DNA from: Euryarchaeota archaeon UBA251 | GTDB lineage: Archaea > Thermoplasmatota > Poseidoniia > Poseidoniales > Thalassarchaeaceae | Assembly (NCBI GenBank): GCA_002497905.1 | Contig: DAFJ01000085.1 | Span: 15,993-79,992, forward strand | Direction of reading: 5' to 3' | Length of the DNA: 64,000 bases | In this document: piece after piece, positions 9,665 through 20,060 of the stretch | Layout of the letters: each line of letters begins with the position of its first letter | How positions within the stretch are numbered: the first letter of the stretch is position 1 | Program-made: the position numbers and the translations under genes | The notes under the pieces: model-generated | Told to the model about the DNA's origin: nothing | The model's input: the letters and a program-made list of their open reading frames with translations, nothing else | The model's database searches: none

Positions 9665-10969
9665 TCAGGATTCGATACACGTGACATGCACTACGTGCCA
9701 ATTGTCGCCTCGACTCACTGGCACGTCAACAATGAAACCGCGCTCCCCTTCAACGCCCTTCAGGGCCTTGTTCAACCTTTTCTGAATCTTCGGATGGAGT
9801 TCAGGATCAACCTCGCAACGAAGGACTAGGTGTCCAATACCAGACCTCTCGGCCGCTCTCGCAACTGTAGGCGCATTTTCCATATCTGGGGAGCTCAATC
9901 GATGGCCGCACACTCTTCCTACAGCGACCGTGAAGGGATCGTCAAGAAGTGAATTAGGTGGAGGGGTATCGCTAACAAGGATAGGCCGGCGGAGAGATGC
10001 ACGTTGCCAAATTGGATTATACTCAGGTGCATCGAAAGAGGTGAGCCATGCATCATGAAGGCGTGCCTCAACAACAGCGGGATCTACGATTACAATCCAT
10101 TGGTCGAAAGAAGGTGGCATGCCACGCTTCTCAGAGATAAAGGGTGACGTGCTCCCGGCTTCAACAGTTCGAAGGGGTGTTTTTTGACCCATCCGAATTG
10201 CTCTATGGGACGATTCGCTCGCTAAAGGTCCGACCCAGACGGAGAGGCGATCGATTCGACCTCCTCCTTGGGAAAGCCACTCCCAAGTCCTCGCTGCCCC
10301 TGGAGCTACTTCATTGAGGATCGCATCAATCTCTCCCCGTTGTTTCCTTGAAAGGCGAGGAGAAAGGTCGAGTAAAAGAGCGGGGCCACGCTCATCCTGA
10401 TTCATATGCGGAACCCATGATCTGAGGAGTTCTCCGATGGGTGGAGCCATTTCATCCAAGGTGTGATTCTGTGCGTCTAAAGGACGGGCTGGATCGATAT
10501 GAAGCAAGGAAACCGGAGGTGTAGAAGAAATGCCAGAATCTTCCAATGAGTCGTGATACGTTTTGAGTGCACCTTCTGCATCCACTCCATCCCCTATTAG
10601 AATACGATTAGAGATGCGTCCGGGCCCGTTACCTTTCTCCAAAAGGCGGTTCATATTCGCAGCAGCAAACTTTCCCGCTTCCTCATCTAATTCGATCCCG
10701 AGACCAACGCGCCCTGTCTCAAGGCACATCGCTGCTAGATGGATACCTGAACCACAAGCAGGATCGAGTAGGACTCCTGGTAGAAATTCTGAATTTGAAA
10801 TACGTATTGAACGCTCGACGGCAATAGACCAGGGGGTCGAAAGACGCCGCATCTGATCATTCATGTGAACTGCTGGCTCGCCTCTTCGCGGTGAACTGGG
10901 CTTCAAACGCCGCGTAGCCCAAGATTGAGCGCGGCCATCGCAATTGACCGCCTCATGCCCTTCGCTCAT
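9665..10969 (-). CDS. SAM-dependent N-methyltransferase, probably an RNA amino-methyltransferase, with a roughly 250-aa C-terminal extension of unknown function
   Basis: 434 aa. Motif I is LLDPACGSGIHLAAM and motif IV is like HIDPARP (D/N-P-P-x class). Start-codon choice is uncertain. The C-terminal half has no similarity I can assign. Confidence 0.5.
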   Translation of the reverse strand: MSEGHEAVNCDGRAQSWATRRLKPSSPRRGEPAVHMNDQMRRLSTPWSIAVERSIRISNSEFLPGVLLDPACGSGIHLAAMCLETGRVGLGIELDEEAGKFAAANMNRLLEKGNGPGRISNRILIGDGVDAEGALKTYHDSLEDSGISSTPPVSLLHIDPARPLDAQNHTLDEMAPPIGELLRSWVPHMNQDERGPALLLDLSPRLSRKQRGEIDAILNEVAPGAARTWEWLSQGGGRIDRLSVWVGPLASESSHRAIRMGQKTPLRTVEAGSTSPFISEKRGMPPSFDQWIVIVDPAVVEARLHDAWLTSFDAPEYNPIWQRASLRRPILVSDTPPPNSLLDDPFTVAVGRVCGHRLSSPDMENAPTVARAAERSGIGHLVLRCEVDPELHPKIQKRLNKALKGVEGERGFIVDVPVSRGDNWHVVHVTCIES

Positions 10970-11012
10970 GGCTTTGATTCAGGGTGCCACGGTATGGGCA
11001 TTTCGGGTCGAT

Positions 11013-12026
11013 TCAGATGGCTGCAAGAAGGGATAATTCCAGTTCAAACCTCAGCCATGAGTTCTCAAGTTGATGTCCCTCACTTCCACCATAAGCAATT
11101 GGCGGGGGCAATAGAGTTGTATGTGTTGTCCCTGGTCCAAGTACACCTCGATCCTGTCCAATATCTAAACCAAGGATTGACCAAGGGAATCCATCGATGT
11201 AACATATCCAAGGTGCTCCAGTCTCACACATGGCATCGGGGCCGGCAGTTGCAGGGAGGTCCCCATCGTCTAGTTCTTCTCCTGTATCAGCGTCCCATAC
11301 CGTGTAGTGAACTTGAACTCGGTCGCCTGGATCGGTGTGGACTGGTTCTGTATTTGATCCGCGCATCAAATTGATATCCATGCCCACAACCGCATCCATC
11401 ACAGTCACATGAGATGCATTGATTGTGAACGTAGTCTCATCGATATCCTCCTTCAAATCAAGCATAGCAAAGTAAGATGAATTTTCACCGATACTAGGAA
11501 CCAATAGACTTGTGTCATCACTCTCTCCAAAGACGATGGACTCGTGATCTGAAGTCAGCATGAGGTCAACGGTGTTAGGTCCACGATTATGAATCACAAC
11601 AACTGCACGATCGCCTTCGCCCTGATGTATCCATTCGCATTCAACCTCCCCCGGATATAGGTACTCGTCGTCTTGATCGGACAACACGTCAGGCATAACC
11701 CATGCATCATTTCGAGGTGTACAAGTATCAAACAAGAAATGGACTTCCCAAACCCAACGACCATCTTCCATGAGAACATCATCGTTGCCAGCAGCCAATG
11801 ATTCATCCATACTATTGAGGAATGATACGAAGGAAAAACCAATGACGCCGCCCATGAGAAGAATGGCCACCAGTGTCACGACAGACATCACGAGTGCGAC
11901 ACGTGGTATCGTCATCTCATTGATGCCAATAGGTACCGTTGGATGCTCCTTCTCCTCAGAAGCATCGGCAATCCATGGGCCTGTCATCGAGTCCGGCTTC
12001 CTTCTACTGCGAATCAACCTATCCAC
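11013..12026 (-). CDS. Membrane-anchored FKBP-type peptidyl-prolyl cis-trans isomerase
   Basis: 337 aa. There is an N-terminal TM helix (VALVMSVVTLVAILLMGGVIGF). The C-terminal FKBP domain reads GDRVQVHYTVWDADTGEELDD...GFPWSILGLDIGQDRGVLGPGTTHTTLLPPPIAYGGSEG...SWLRFELEL. The track start at 12026 is GTG. Confidence 0.65.
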   Translation of the reverse strand: MDRLIRSRRKPDSMTGPWIADASEEKEHPTVPIGINEMTIPRVALVMSVVTLVAILLMGGVIGFSFVSFLNSMDESLAAGNDDVLMEDGRWVWEVHFLFDTCTPRNDAWVMPDVLSDQDDEYLYPGEVECEWIHQGEGDRAVVVIHNRGPNTVDLMLTSDHESIVFGESDDTSLLVPSIGENSSYFAMLDLKEDIDETTFTINASHVTVMDAVVGMDINLMRGSNTEPVHTDPGDRVQVHYTVWDADTGEELDDGDLPATAGPDAMCETGAPWICYIDGFPWSILGLDIGQDRGVLGPGTTHTTLLPPPIAYGGSEGHQLENSWLRFELELSLLAAI

Positions 12027-12045
12027 GGAATGGGAATCACGGAGG

Positions 12046-15000
12046 CTACTCCTGGGCCATCATTGCTGCCTGGCGACTTTGAGCAAGCCATACCACTAAT
12101 CCGAGTTCAATTGCGAGAACAATCAGAGCGATGAAAGCGTTCGTTGGTTCGAGTAGTTCGGACCCAATAGTGAGAATTGCCATGAGGCCAGCAAATACGA
12201 GATCTGTGGCTCCCCAAAACCGTAACATCTTGCGTAATTGAAGGATGCCCGTTAGCCAGGTAAGCGTCGAAAGTATCAGTAAAGTCGAGAGGAAAGCGAT
12301 GTTCGGCAATGGTGAGATAAGGATTCCAAGAACCAACAGAATATGTGCATCAATGAGGTGAGCTGAAGTCCAAATTCGACGAGGTTCCTGAATAGTAAAC
12401 AACGTCGCTACAAATGAGGCAGAACCCATTGTCAGTAGAATATACCCAAGGTTCTCCTGAAGAATGGATACCGAGGAGGATAAAGCGAAGATAGAGATGG
12501 CGATACTAAGCACAGTGCCCATCAGAACTGCAGATTGAGTCCACTGAATCCCTCGACGAAGTCCGAGAATTGAGGCAATCAGTCCTGCAGGACCTACAGA
12601 GAGTAAGGCAATTCCAAAGGCCCAAACAACCCTTCCACCTGCACTTCGATGGTCTTCAAGACCCGCTTCACGACGTCTTCCTTCAATCCAATCCCAAAGC
12701 AGAGCCATGCCAATAAGCACGATTTCGAGGGTTACCCATATCATTGTCCAACTGATAAACGGATGAGTATCAGACAACACGTCTACGCTACCAAAAGAGG
12801 GAGTTCCGCCAAGAGGTATACCAAGGATTCGTGCAATGAAAAGGGTTCCGAGCAACCATTCCAAGGCGGAAGGAATTCGTTTCAGAATATCCTTTCTGCC
12901 GAAGAGTGAAACAGTGATGAGAACCAGATTCATCGCAGCCAAGATGAGAAGGAGACGCTGGTCGCTTATTGATGCACCAACCACACTCGAACCCAATCCA
13001 ACAATCACGGCAAGACCTACCATCGTGATAGCAATCGGCGATTCGATTCCAGCGATATCCGGCAGGGTCAAATTACTTTCATTGGCTCTCCATCTAGATA
13101 CAATCGTCAGTAGAATACTCTGTAATCCAATCCCGATTAATGCTAACATGAGGGCCGACGGAAAGAGAAGAGAAATAGCAAGACCAGCGACAAGCATCAC
13201 TCCAAGGAAAGAGGTCACTACAACTGGACGATGATGAATATCACCAACCATCAGATCTTTAATCCCAGAGGCATCCGATACCTTTGCTCGCTTCTTCTGT
13301 TTCTGAAGAAGTTCAACTATTCTCGGATCGATTACTCGCATACCCGAACCACTCTGTGCAACAGCTGTCTTGGCACGAGCCTCCGGTGAGAGGGCTAAGG
13401 CAGCCTCGGCAGAGGCCTCACTATTGAACATCAGAAGGTTCTGAGAGAGAGGTTCACCTGTCTCGTTTTCCGAAGAGAGTTTCTGAATTATTTCCTGCGC
13501 CTGAATCAAGGAAGACAGTTGCTTATCACGCGTGGTTACTTGTCGAATCTCTGAACGTAATTCCCCATTCACAGAGATCATCAGGCTGGATACTGCAAAG
13601 AGGAAGAGGGCCGCATACAAATGCAAAGCCGAGTGCCCCGTGAGTATGAAGGAAACTGTGATGCTTGACATTAGGAACAGCGCAGCAAAAGAGGAGCGAA
13701 TGATTTCGTTAAGATGAGATATCCTTGGAAGGAATGCAAGGATAGGAATCGAAGTACAAATGAGCATTATCCAGGCAGTTCCAGCATCATCGAGTAGGAA
13801 AGGAGCTGTCATCGGGTATGCTGCAACCCGATCCATGCTGGTTCCCCAAACAAGGACTCCGAACCCGATTGTTGAGAGATTCAGTATGTGCAGATTACTC
13901 TCTTCGCTTCGACCCCGATGAGTCCAGGTCAGAGCATTAGTACTGATTAATAGAAGAACTAGCCAGTAAGCTGCCATCTCATGGCGCCAAATTAGAACAT
14001 AGATTGTGAGGGCGCTCATTACCAATAGAAGACGTGGATTGCCCTGATGTCGATCGAAAGCGTCCGCTCCGATGTGGATTCCAAGGAATACAGAAAACAA
14101 AACGAGTAGATGGCTTCCAGTCATACCATCCTCAACAGTAACTGACAACAATGCGATTAAACCAAGGATGAAACCAAGATTCCAGACCTTCATCAAACCT
14201 GAATCTCGGAGTCGGGCTGAGACCTCTTGAGTTCCGAGGAAACGCTCAGCAAGATTCACTCCTCCATCAGGGTAATTGAGATTCACAATAAGTTGCAATA
14301 GGGCGCTTACACCAAGGAAGAAAGTGAGAGGTGTCCCATCAAATTGAACCGTTGGGAGGCCCGAAAAATCGTTTGTCACCGAGAATGTTTGTACGATTGA
14401 GGTGAGGGCTCCCATGAACAACACCCAAGTCCATGGAAGAAGGGCTGTTACTCCAGAGAGGCTTGGAGAAGTCCTCCGTACTGCAAGATAGGTTGTTGCT
14501 ATCATCATCAAAAGTACCGAACTGAGAAGAAGAAGACCGCCGTCTCCTCCTTCTGTAGAAGGTCGGGATGGAATCAGAACTGTCAGAAGAACAACAATGC
14601 TGACTGCTCCTGTCCAAAGTACCCTATCAGTAACATTGTCTTGATTCGACAAAATCAACCATGCAGCAATAATCACTGCACCCACAGTGAATGTTCCATA
14701 CGCATCAATGAATGATGGAAGTTCGAACAGGCCTGCATCGAGAATTATGAGGAGAAACGTGAGTGCGCATAATCCTCCTCCATTAAGGGCAATAATCCTA
14801 GACGGAGGCACACCCCGAACCGTGAGGTAAGATCCGCTAAACACTGTCAACAGACCTGTGACCATTGCAAGAGCAAAGGACGAATCTTCACGATTTGCAC
14901 CGATAGCCATCAACGCCCCTATTAGGCCTAGGCCTACTGAAACCGACCAAAGACCGGGGCGGCCAAGTCCGACAACATTTAGCCCTGTTGAGAACCAATT

Positions 15001-15972
15001 TTCTGAGGCTGAAAACCGGGAAGCCATGGCTGCATTGATGGCATTTGTGAAGATCAAAAGGAGAAAAAGGACCAGGGGCGTCTCAATGGGAACAACGGTT
15101 AGCGAACCAATTTCGAAGCCATTAGTTAACGCATGCATACCAATCCAAAGATTCGAGGAAGCGATTCCGAGCGACGCGAGGTTTCCACTTCTCCGATGAA
15201 GTGCAAGGAGTTGAAACAGAACTGATGCGCCAAAGATCATGCCAGCTACGCCAATTTCTCCTAACAACGAGCCCACAGTGGAGGAAATCGCAAGAAGAAC
15301 TAGGACTGCTTGGGCTGCGATTGCATCCTCATCATAACGATAAGCAACGCCAACATTGACTCCTACCAATGCCAAAAGAAGGACACCCACGTAATTCTCA
15401 CTAAGAGGGAAAAGCCCAAACAATTCCCATGACCCAAGTTCAATCGCCAAACCATAGAGTATCTTCATTGCAATAATGAGCCAAACAATCCCGAGTTGAC
15501 GCATCGCTGGACGAGGAACCCAACGCTCTCCAAGAGTAAATCCAAATCCAGCAAGAGCCATCAAACCAAGAAGGGCAAAGAGGGGGTTTTCGACGACGGT
15601 GCCGATTAGAATTGAAATCGCAGAATAAACTGTAATCATCGCGCCCATTAACGCCCAATTGAGGCGAATCTCTCCCTGGATAGCGATGTCCTCAATCAAA
15701 TCCCGTTCTGGAGCAATCGGAACACTACCGTCCCGCATGACTCGCCCTGGTCCAATCCCGTCATCCTCTGCAAAAGGGTCGAGGATTTCTCCAATTGCAG
15801 CATCTTCCTCAGGCTTCTCATCAGCCTTTTCCAGCTTAGATTCTTCTTTGAACGAATCTGCGACGTCGTCCAAGAGATCTGAGATATCGATGCCTGAACC
15901 GATGCCGAATTGCCGCTCCTGCAAAAAGCGGTCCTCCTCATCAGGAGGTGTTTCCATGCCCTGTCCTACCAT
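12046..15972 (-). CDS. Very large polytopic integral membrane protein (1308 aa), hypothetical
   Basis: Continuous 3.9-kb ORF with an ATG start. It has an acidic N-terminal roughly 60 aa and more than 20 predicted hydrophobic helices. A soluble coiled-coil-like insert lies near aa 780-880 (RSEIRQVTTRDKQLSSLIQAQEIIQKL...). No enzymatic motif is recognised. Confidence 0.6.
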   Translation of the reverse strand: MVGQGMETPPDEEDRFLQERQFGIGSGIDISDLLDDVADSFKEESKLEKADEKPEEDAAIGEILDPFAEDDGIGPGRVMRDGSVPIAPERDLIEDIAIQGEIRLNWALMGAMITVYSAISILIGTVVENPLFALLGLMALAGFGFTLGERWVPRPAMRQLGIVWLIIAMKILYGLAIELGSWELFGLFPLSENYVGVLLLALVGVNVGVAYRYDEDAIAAQAVLVLLAISSTVGSLLGEIGVAGMIFGASVLFQLLALHRRSGNLASLGIASSNLWIGMHALTNGFEIGSLTVVPIETPLVLFLLLIFTNAINAAMASRFSASENWFSTGLNVVGLGRPGLWSVSVGLGLIGALMAIGANREDSSFALAMVTGLLTVFSGSYLTVRGVPPSRIIALNGGGLCALTFLLIILDAGLFELPSFIDAYGTFTVGAVIIAAWLILSNQDNVTDRVLWTGAVSIVVLLTVLIPSRPSTEGGDGGLLLLSSVLLMMIATTYLAVRRTSPSLSGVTALLPWTWVLFMGALTSIVQTFSVTNDFSGLPTVQFDGTPLTFFLGVSALLQLIVNLNYPDGGVNLAERFLGTQEVSARLRDSGLMKVWNLGFILGLIALLSVTVEDGMTGSHLLVLFSVFLGIHIGADAFDRHQGNPRLLLVMSALTIYVLIWRHEMAAYWLVLLLISTNALTWTHRGRSEESNLHILNLSTIGFGVLVWGTSMDRVAAYPMTAPFLLDDAGTAWIMLICTSIPILAFLPRISHLNEIIRSSFAALFLMSSITVSFILTGHSALHLYAALFLFAVSSLMISVNGELRSEIRQVTTRDKQLSSLIQAQEIIQKLSSENETGEPLSQNLLMFNSEASAEAALALSPEARAKTAVAQSGSGMRVIDPRIVELLQKQKKRAKVSDASGIKDLMVGDIHHRPVVVTSFLGVMLVAGLAISLLFPSALMLALIGIGLQSILLTIVSRWRANESNLTLPDIAGIESPIAITMVGLAVIVGLGSSVVGASISDQRLLLILAAMNLVLITVSLFGRKDILKRIPSALEWLLGTLFIARILGIPLGGTPSFGSVDVLSDTHPFISWTMIWVTLEIVLIGMALLWDWIEGRRREAGLEDHRSAGGRVVWAFGIALLSVGPAGLIASILGLRRGIQWTQSAVLMGTVLSIAISIFALSSSVSILQENLGYILLTMGSASFVATLFTIQEPRRIWTSAHLIDAHILLVLGILISPLPNIAFLSTLLILSTLTWLTGILQLRKMLRFWGATDLVFAGLMAILTIGSELLEPTNAFIALIVLAIELGLVVWLAQSRQAAMMAQE

Positions 15973-16003
15973 TCGACTGAATTGAAGGTATCATCGATGG
16001 AAG

Positions 16004-17710
16004 GTGGAAAGAACCGAACTCCTCCATGATTCGGCCCAATCATTGAAGGATGGACTGTGGACCGGTGGGGCCATGGTTCTGCCCCTAATGGGCACAGCAG
16101 GGGTCGTGACTGAGCCACGGCTACAGGCTATCGGCATTGAACCCGAAGGCGATGTACACTGGAATCTCGAATCCACTGACCTAATCCAGCACGCACTCCA
16201 ACGAGAAGAAGGGCGCTTGACCGCACACGGTGTATTTCTTGCTGAAACCGGTGAAAGAACTGGGCGGTCACCTCACGATCGATTCATCGTCGATGAGACG
16301 CCTTTTACTGATGCAGTGTGGTGGGGTGATGTCAACCGACCGATTGAACGAGATTCCTATCTTGAACTGAAAGCGAAGGTCATCGAGCATCTCTCTTCTT
16401 CCAGCCAGTTACATGTGCAAGACCTTGCCTGTGGAGCCAATCCAAATCTAAGACTCCCTCTACGCCTCGTCACCAATAGTGCATGGCATGCCTCCTTCGC
16501 ACGAAACATGTTCCTTAGGCTGACACCTGAAGAAATTCAAACGCGTGCTTCTGAATTCACCATTCTGCATGCACCGGATTTTGAAGCTCCAAAGAACACC
16601 CTTGGATTGAACTCGCAGGTTTTCGTCATCATTTCCTTCGCCGAGGGAATTGTGTTGATTGGTGGAACACGCTATGCTGGAGAAATCAAAAAATCCATCT
16701 TCTCAATCATGAATCACATTCTTCCGAGTAAAGGACACCTGCCTATGCACTGTTCTGCCAATGTTGGAGATAACGGTGACACTGCAGTATTCTTCGGCCT
16801 TTCAGGAACTGGAAAGACGACGCTTTCAGCCGACCCGCTCCGGCCTCTAATCGGGGATGATGAACACGGTTGGTCCGATGAGGGTGTATTCAACTTCGAA
16901 GGCGGATGCTATGCGAAGATGATTAGGTTGAGTGAAGAAGATGAGCCTGCAATTTTTGCTACAACACGGATGCCTGGATCAATCCTTGAAAATGTAATTC
17001 TCGATGCAGAAGGAATCCCGGATTTTAATGACGGTAAGTTAACAGAAAATACAAGAGGATCATATCCTATCGACTTCATCGAAAATCGTATTCTTAAGAG
17101 CATGGCAGGTCATGCTCATAACGTAGTTTTCCTGACCTGTGATGCCTTCGGTGTGCTACCACCAATCGCACGTCTTAATCCGATTCAGGCCGCTTACCAC
17201 TTCATCTCTGGATATACCGCAAAAGTAGCGGGTACTGAGATGGGTGTCAAAGAGCCGAAAGCAACGTTTAGTGCGTGCTTTGGGGCGCCATTCATGCCCA
17301 TGCATCCAAGTGTCTATGGTGATCTCTTAACAGAGAAAATCGACGAACATGAGGCCACCTGCTGGATGTTAAACACTGGATGGATTGCGGGAGGTTACGG
17401 TAAGAGTGACCGGATTCGAATCCGATGGACTCGAGCACTACTGAACGCAGCACTAGATGGCTCCCTCAACGATGTTGAAATGATGATTGATCCACGATTC
17501 GGATTTGAAGTCCCTGTTGAATGTGAAGGGGTTCCTTCAGATATTCTCGATGTGCGAAGCACATGGAAAAAACCGGAAGAATATGATGATGCAGCAGAGA
17601 ATCTGGTTCAACTATTCAAGGATAATTTCGAACGTTACGAAGAGGATGCCACAACGAGTGTGATGGCTGCAGGACCGCAATCAATGGTCGAACAGCCGGA
17701 CAACTCATGA
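16004..17710 (+). CDS. pckA: Phosphoenolpyruvate carboxykinase (ATP)
   Basis: 568 aa. The kinase-1a P-loop GLSGTGKTTLS and the RSPHDRFIV motif match ATP-dependent PckA. The true start may be an internal Met at about 16073-16088, because the divergent gene start is only 31 bp away. Confidence 0.9.
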   Translation: MERTELLHDSAQSLKDGLWTGGAMVLPLMGTAGVVTEPRLQAIGIEPEGDVHWNLESTDLIQHALQREEGRLTAHGVFLAETGERTGRSPHDRFIVDETPFTDAVWWGDVNRPIERDSYLELKAKVIEHLSSSSQLHVQDLACGANPNLRLPLRLVTNSAWHASFARNMFLRLTPEEIQTRASEFTILHAPDFEAPKNTLGLNSQVFVIISFAEGIVLIGGTRYAGEIKKSIFSIMNHILPSKGHLPMHCSANVGDNGDTAVFFGLSGTGKTTLSADPLRPLIGDDEHGWSDEGVFNFEGGCYAKMIRLSEEDEPAIFATTRMPGSILENVILDAEGIPDFNDGKLTENTRGSYPIDFIENRILKSMAGHAHNVVFLTCDAFGVLPPIARLNPIQAAYHFISGYTAKVAGTEMGVKEPKATFSACFGAPFMPMHPSVYGDLLTEKIDEHEATCWMLNTGWIAGGYGKSDRIRIRWTRALLNAALDGSLNDVEMMIDPRFGFEVPVECEGVPSDILDVRSTWKKPEEYDDAAENLVQLFKDNFERYEEDATTSVMAAGPQSMVEQPDNS

Positions 17711-17733
17711 ATAATCAGCGATGTTGATGTGTC

Positions 17734-18405
17734 ATGAGAGGAGCCGATGTATCGGATCTGTTCCCGAGTCTTTCCAATGCTGAGGATGCTCCAAATTTCC
17801 CAAAAGGGCCAGTTTGGGAAATTTTGAATCCAAGTTCAAATTTTTCACTGAAATCACAGCTTGATGAAATGGTAGAAAATAAAAAAGTAAATTTTGAGAG
17901 ATATAAAAAAGATGGATCAGCATTCCTAATTCATTATTCTGCAAAGGTAGGAAAAGGTGTTGTTATTGAAGGGCCAACATACATCGGGCCAAATGTTGTA
18001 ATTAGGCCAGGTGCGTATATTCGTCCATATTCTTGGATTTGTGATGGTTCTGTGGTAGGACATTGTTCGGAAGTGAAACATTCAATCTTACTTCCTAATT
18101 CCAAAGCACCTCACTTCAATTATGTGGGGGATTCTATTCTTGGTTCAGGAGTCAATATAGGAGCAGGGTGCAAACTATCCAATCTACGGAACGATGGACG
18201 GAACATCCTCATTCGCGATGGTGAAACGGGGGAATTACTCGAAGATTCAGGGTTGAGAAAGTTCGGAGCGATCCTCGGTGAAGGAGTTCAACTTGGATGT
18301 AATGTCGTGACGAACCCTGGCACAATCATGGGGAAGGAATCTGGTGCATGGCCGAACGTAACCGTGAGCGGTCTGATCAAATCCGGTCAGACGGTCAAGG
18401 AATGA
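17734..18405 (+). CDS. Left-handed beta-helix (hexapeptide-repeat) acyltransferase-like protein, resembling the GlmU C-terminal domain
   Basis: 223 aa with repeated [LIV]-G-x-x-x-x hexapeptides (VGKGVVIEGPTYIGPNVVIRPGAYI...GSGVNIGAGCKL). The 5' third of the gene is markedly AT-rich. Its TGA stop overlaps the ATG of the downstream mutase as ATGA. Confidence 0.65.
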   Translation: MRGADVSDLFPSLSNAEDAPNFPKGPVWEILNPSSNFSLKSQLDEMVENKKVNFERYKKDGSAFLIHYSAKVGKGVVIEGPTYIGPNVVIRPGAYIRPYSWICDGSVVGHCSEVKHSILLPNSKAPHFNYVGDSILGSGVNIGAGCKLSNLRNDGRNILIRDGETGELLEDSGLRKFGAILGEGVQLGCNVVTNPGTIMGKESGAWPNVTVSGLIKSGQTVKE

Positions 18406-20060
18406 ATGGCATGGAACGCCCTCTGTTGCATGGAACAGATGGCATCCGGGGGGCTGTCAAAGCCGCCCCTATGAGTGACCTGGAGGCTCTGAAGGCAATT
18501 GTCGAGAAGCGGGAAGTAAATGGTCGAGCGTTCATGCTTCTCGGGATGGCTTTCGCAGAGGTGCTCAAAGAAGACCTCGGCCGTCAACCGAAAATTGTGA
18601 TTGGTTGGGATAGACGACCCGGTAATGCAATGCTAGTCTCTGGATTGACTGATGGTCTCCATCAAGTGGGGGCAGAAGTCATCCATGGTGGGCTTGTTGC
18701 GACTCCTGGTCTACACAATTCAGTCATCGGCACTCGATCTGATGCCGGACTCATGGTAACAGCAAGCCACAACCCTTCTTCCGATTCCGGAGTGAAATTC
18801 TTCGATGCAGAGGGTCGGAAATCGATGCCTGTCTTTGAACAGCGTGTCGCTGACACAATATGGAGAATCGCTGATCTTGAAGAAGACAGAGAGCCTGATC
18901 CAGAACTATGCCTTCCAGATAAGATGGTCAACGCGGAACGAGGGCATCGAAATACACTTGCAAAACGATTCGATGGAATAGCGAATGATTTCGCCCTTGA
19001 TTCCACATCTATCAATTGGACTGAAACGCTTGGTACCTCCGAACTTCTGCTTGATTCATCTGGAGGATCCGCAGCAGAATGGTTCGCTACAGGTCTCGCT
19101 CGCCGTGGGATTCCATTTCGGGAGATCTCTGATGTGGATTCTCCACTCAACGAAAACTGTGGGGCAGGTGATCTATCTCCTACTGATTCATGGACATGGA
19201 AAGAAATGCAAACTAATGAACATAAATTACTCAGAGAATTAGGAGATTTGCATGGAAATCGGCCCCCAAGTGCTGGAAGTCTCATTGGAGCCGCATTGGA
19301 CGGAGATGGTGATCGTTGCCTCCTAATCGAAGCCATGGATGGTGGTGCGAAGGTAGTCGATGGAGACCAAATGGCTGATGATTTAATGCGAGCATGGTCT
19401 GCAAATGGAATCGAACGAATGACGGCTGCTTTCTCAATCGAAACCGATCTTGCATTGACTGCATCAATAGCTCGTCTTCGAAGTAATGTGATTATTCACG
19501 AATGTGCTGTTGGTGATCGTTGGTTAACCCAAGCGTTGAGAGCGGAGGATTTGAGCGGTGCATCGTGGCCAAAAATCATTGGAGCGGAAGATTCCGGCCA
19601 CCTAGTTCTCGCCTCACCACATCCAGTCATTGATGATGAATGGAGTTTGGTGGGTGATGGGGCAGCTACACTAATCTCACAGTTGATGGCACGTGCTGCT
19701 CTCAATACCATGGATGTTGTTCCAGCATTCACATCGGGATGGAAGCGACGTGTATCCATCCGTGATACCGATCGATCCCGATGGACTGGTGTTGGTCCGA
19801 TTACAGATAGAATCGAAGAAATAATCCTGATTTCCTTGAAGGGACGAGAAGTAAACCTCGAGCGCAAAGGAATTGAAGGAGAATCCGGACTCTTCCTTCT
19901 CCGAGGGGATATCGATGGTATCGAGGCTTCGTTTGGAATCCGTAACTCCGGCACAGAAGCAAAAACAAGCCTTTCCATTCGGGCAAAAACCGAGATAAAT
20001 GGCTTGGAAGAGATTGCTGAGAAAATCAGTGATTTACTCCAGATGGAACTTGTGCCATAA
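18402..20060 (+). CDS. glmM: Phosphoglucosamine mutase / phosphohexomutase family
   Basis: The active-site phosphoserine loop TASHNPSSDSGVKF is present. The N-terminus MNGMERPLLHGTDGIRG is phosphohexomutase-like. I placed the start at ATG 18402 rather than the track's 18348. Confidence 0.8.
   Translation: MNGMERPLLHGTDGIRGAVKAAPMSDLEALKAIVEKREVNGRAFMLLGMAFAEVLKEDLGRQPKIVIGWDRRPGNAMLVSGLTDGLHQVGAEVIHGGLVATPGLHNSVIGTRSDAGLMVTASHNPSSDSGVKFFDAEGRKSMPVFEQRVADTIWRIADLEEDREPDPELCLPDKMVNAERGHRNTLAKRFDGIANDFALDSTSINWTETLGTSELLLDSSGGSAAEWFATGLARRGIPFREISDVDSPLNENCGAGDLSPTDSWTWKEMQTNEHKLLRELGDLHGNRPPSAGSLIGAALDGDGDRCLLIEAMDGGAKVVDGDQMADDLMRAWSANGIERMTAAFSIETDLALTASIARLRSNVIIHECAVGDRWLTQALRAEDLSGASWPKIIGAEDSGHLVLASPHPVIDDEWSLVGDGAATLISQLMARAALNTMDVVPAFTSGWKRRVSIRDTDRSRWTGVGPITDRIEEIILISLKGREVNLERKGIEGESGLFLLRGDIDGIEASFGIRNSGTEAKTSLSIRAKTEINGLEEIAEKISDLLQMELVP

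Noticed and set aside
9414-9829. Plus-strand ORFs 9414-9785, 9445-9633 and 9617-9829
   Set aside because: They are antisense to the rps13 and methyltransferase genes and span the operon promoter gap. They have no homology and their composition is odd.
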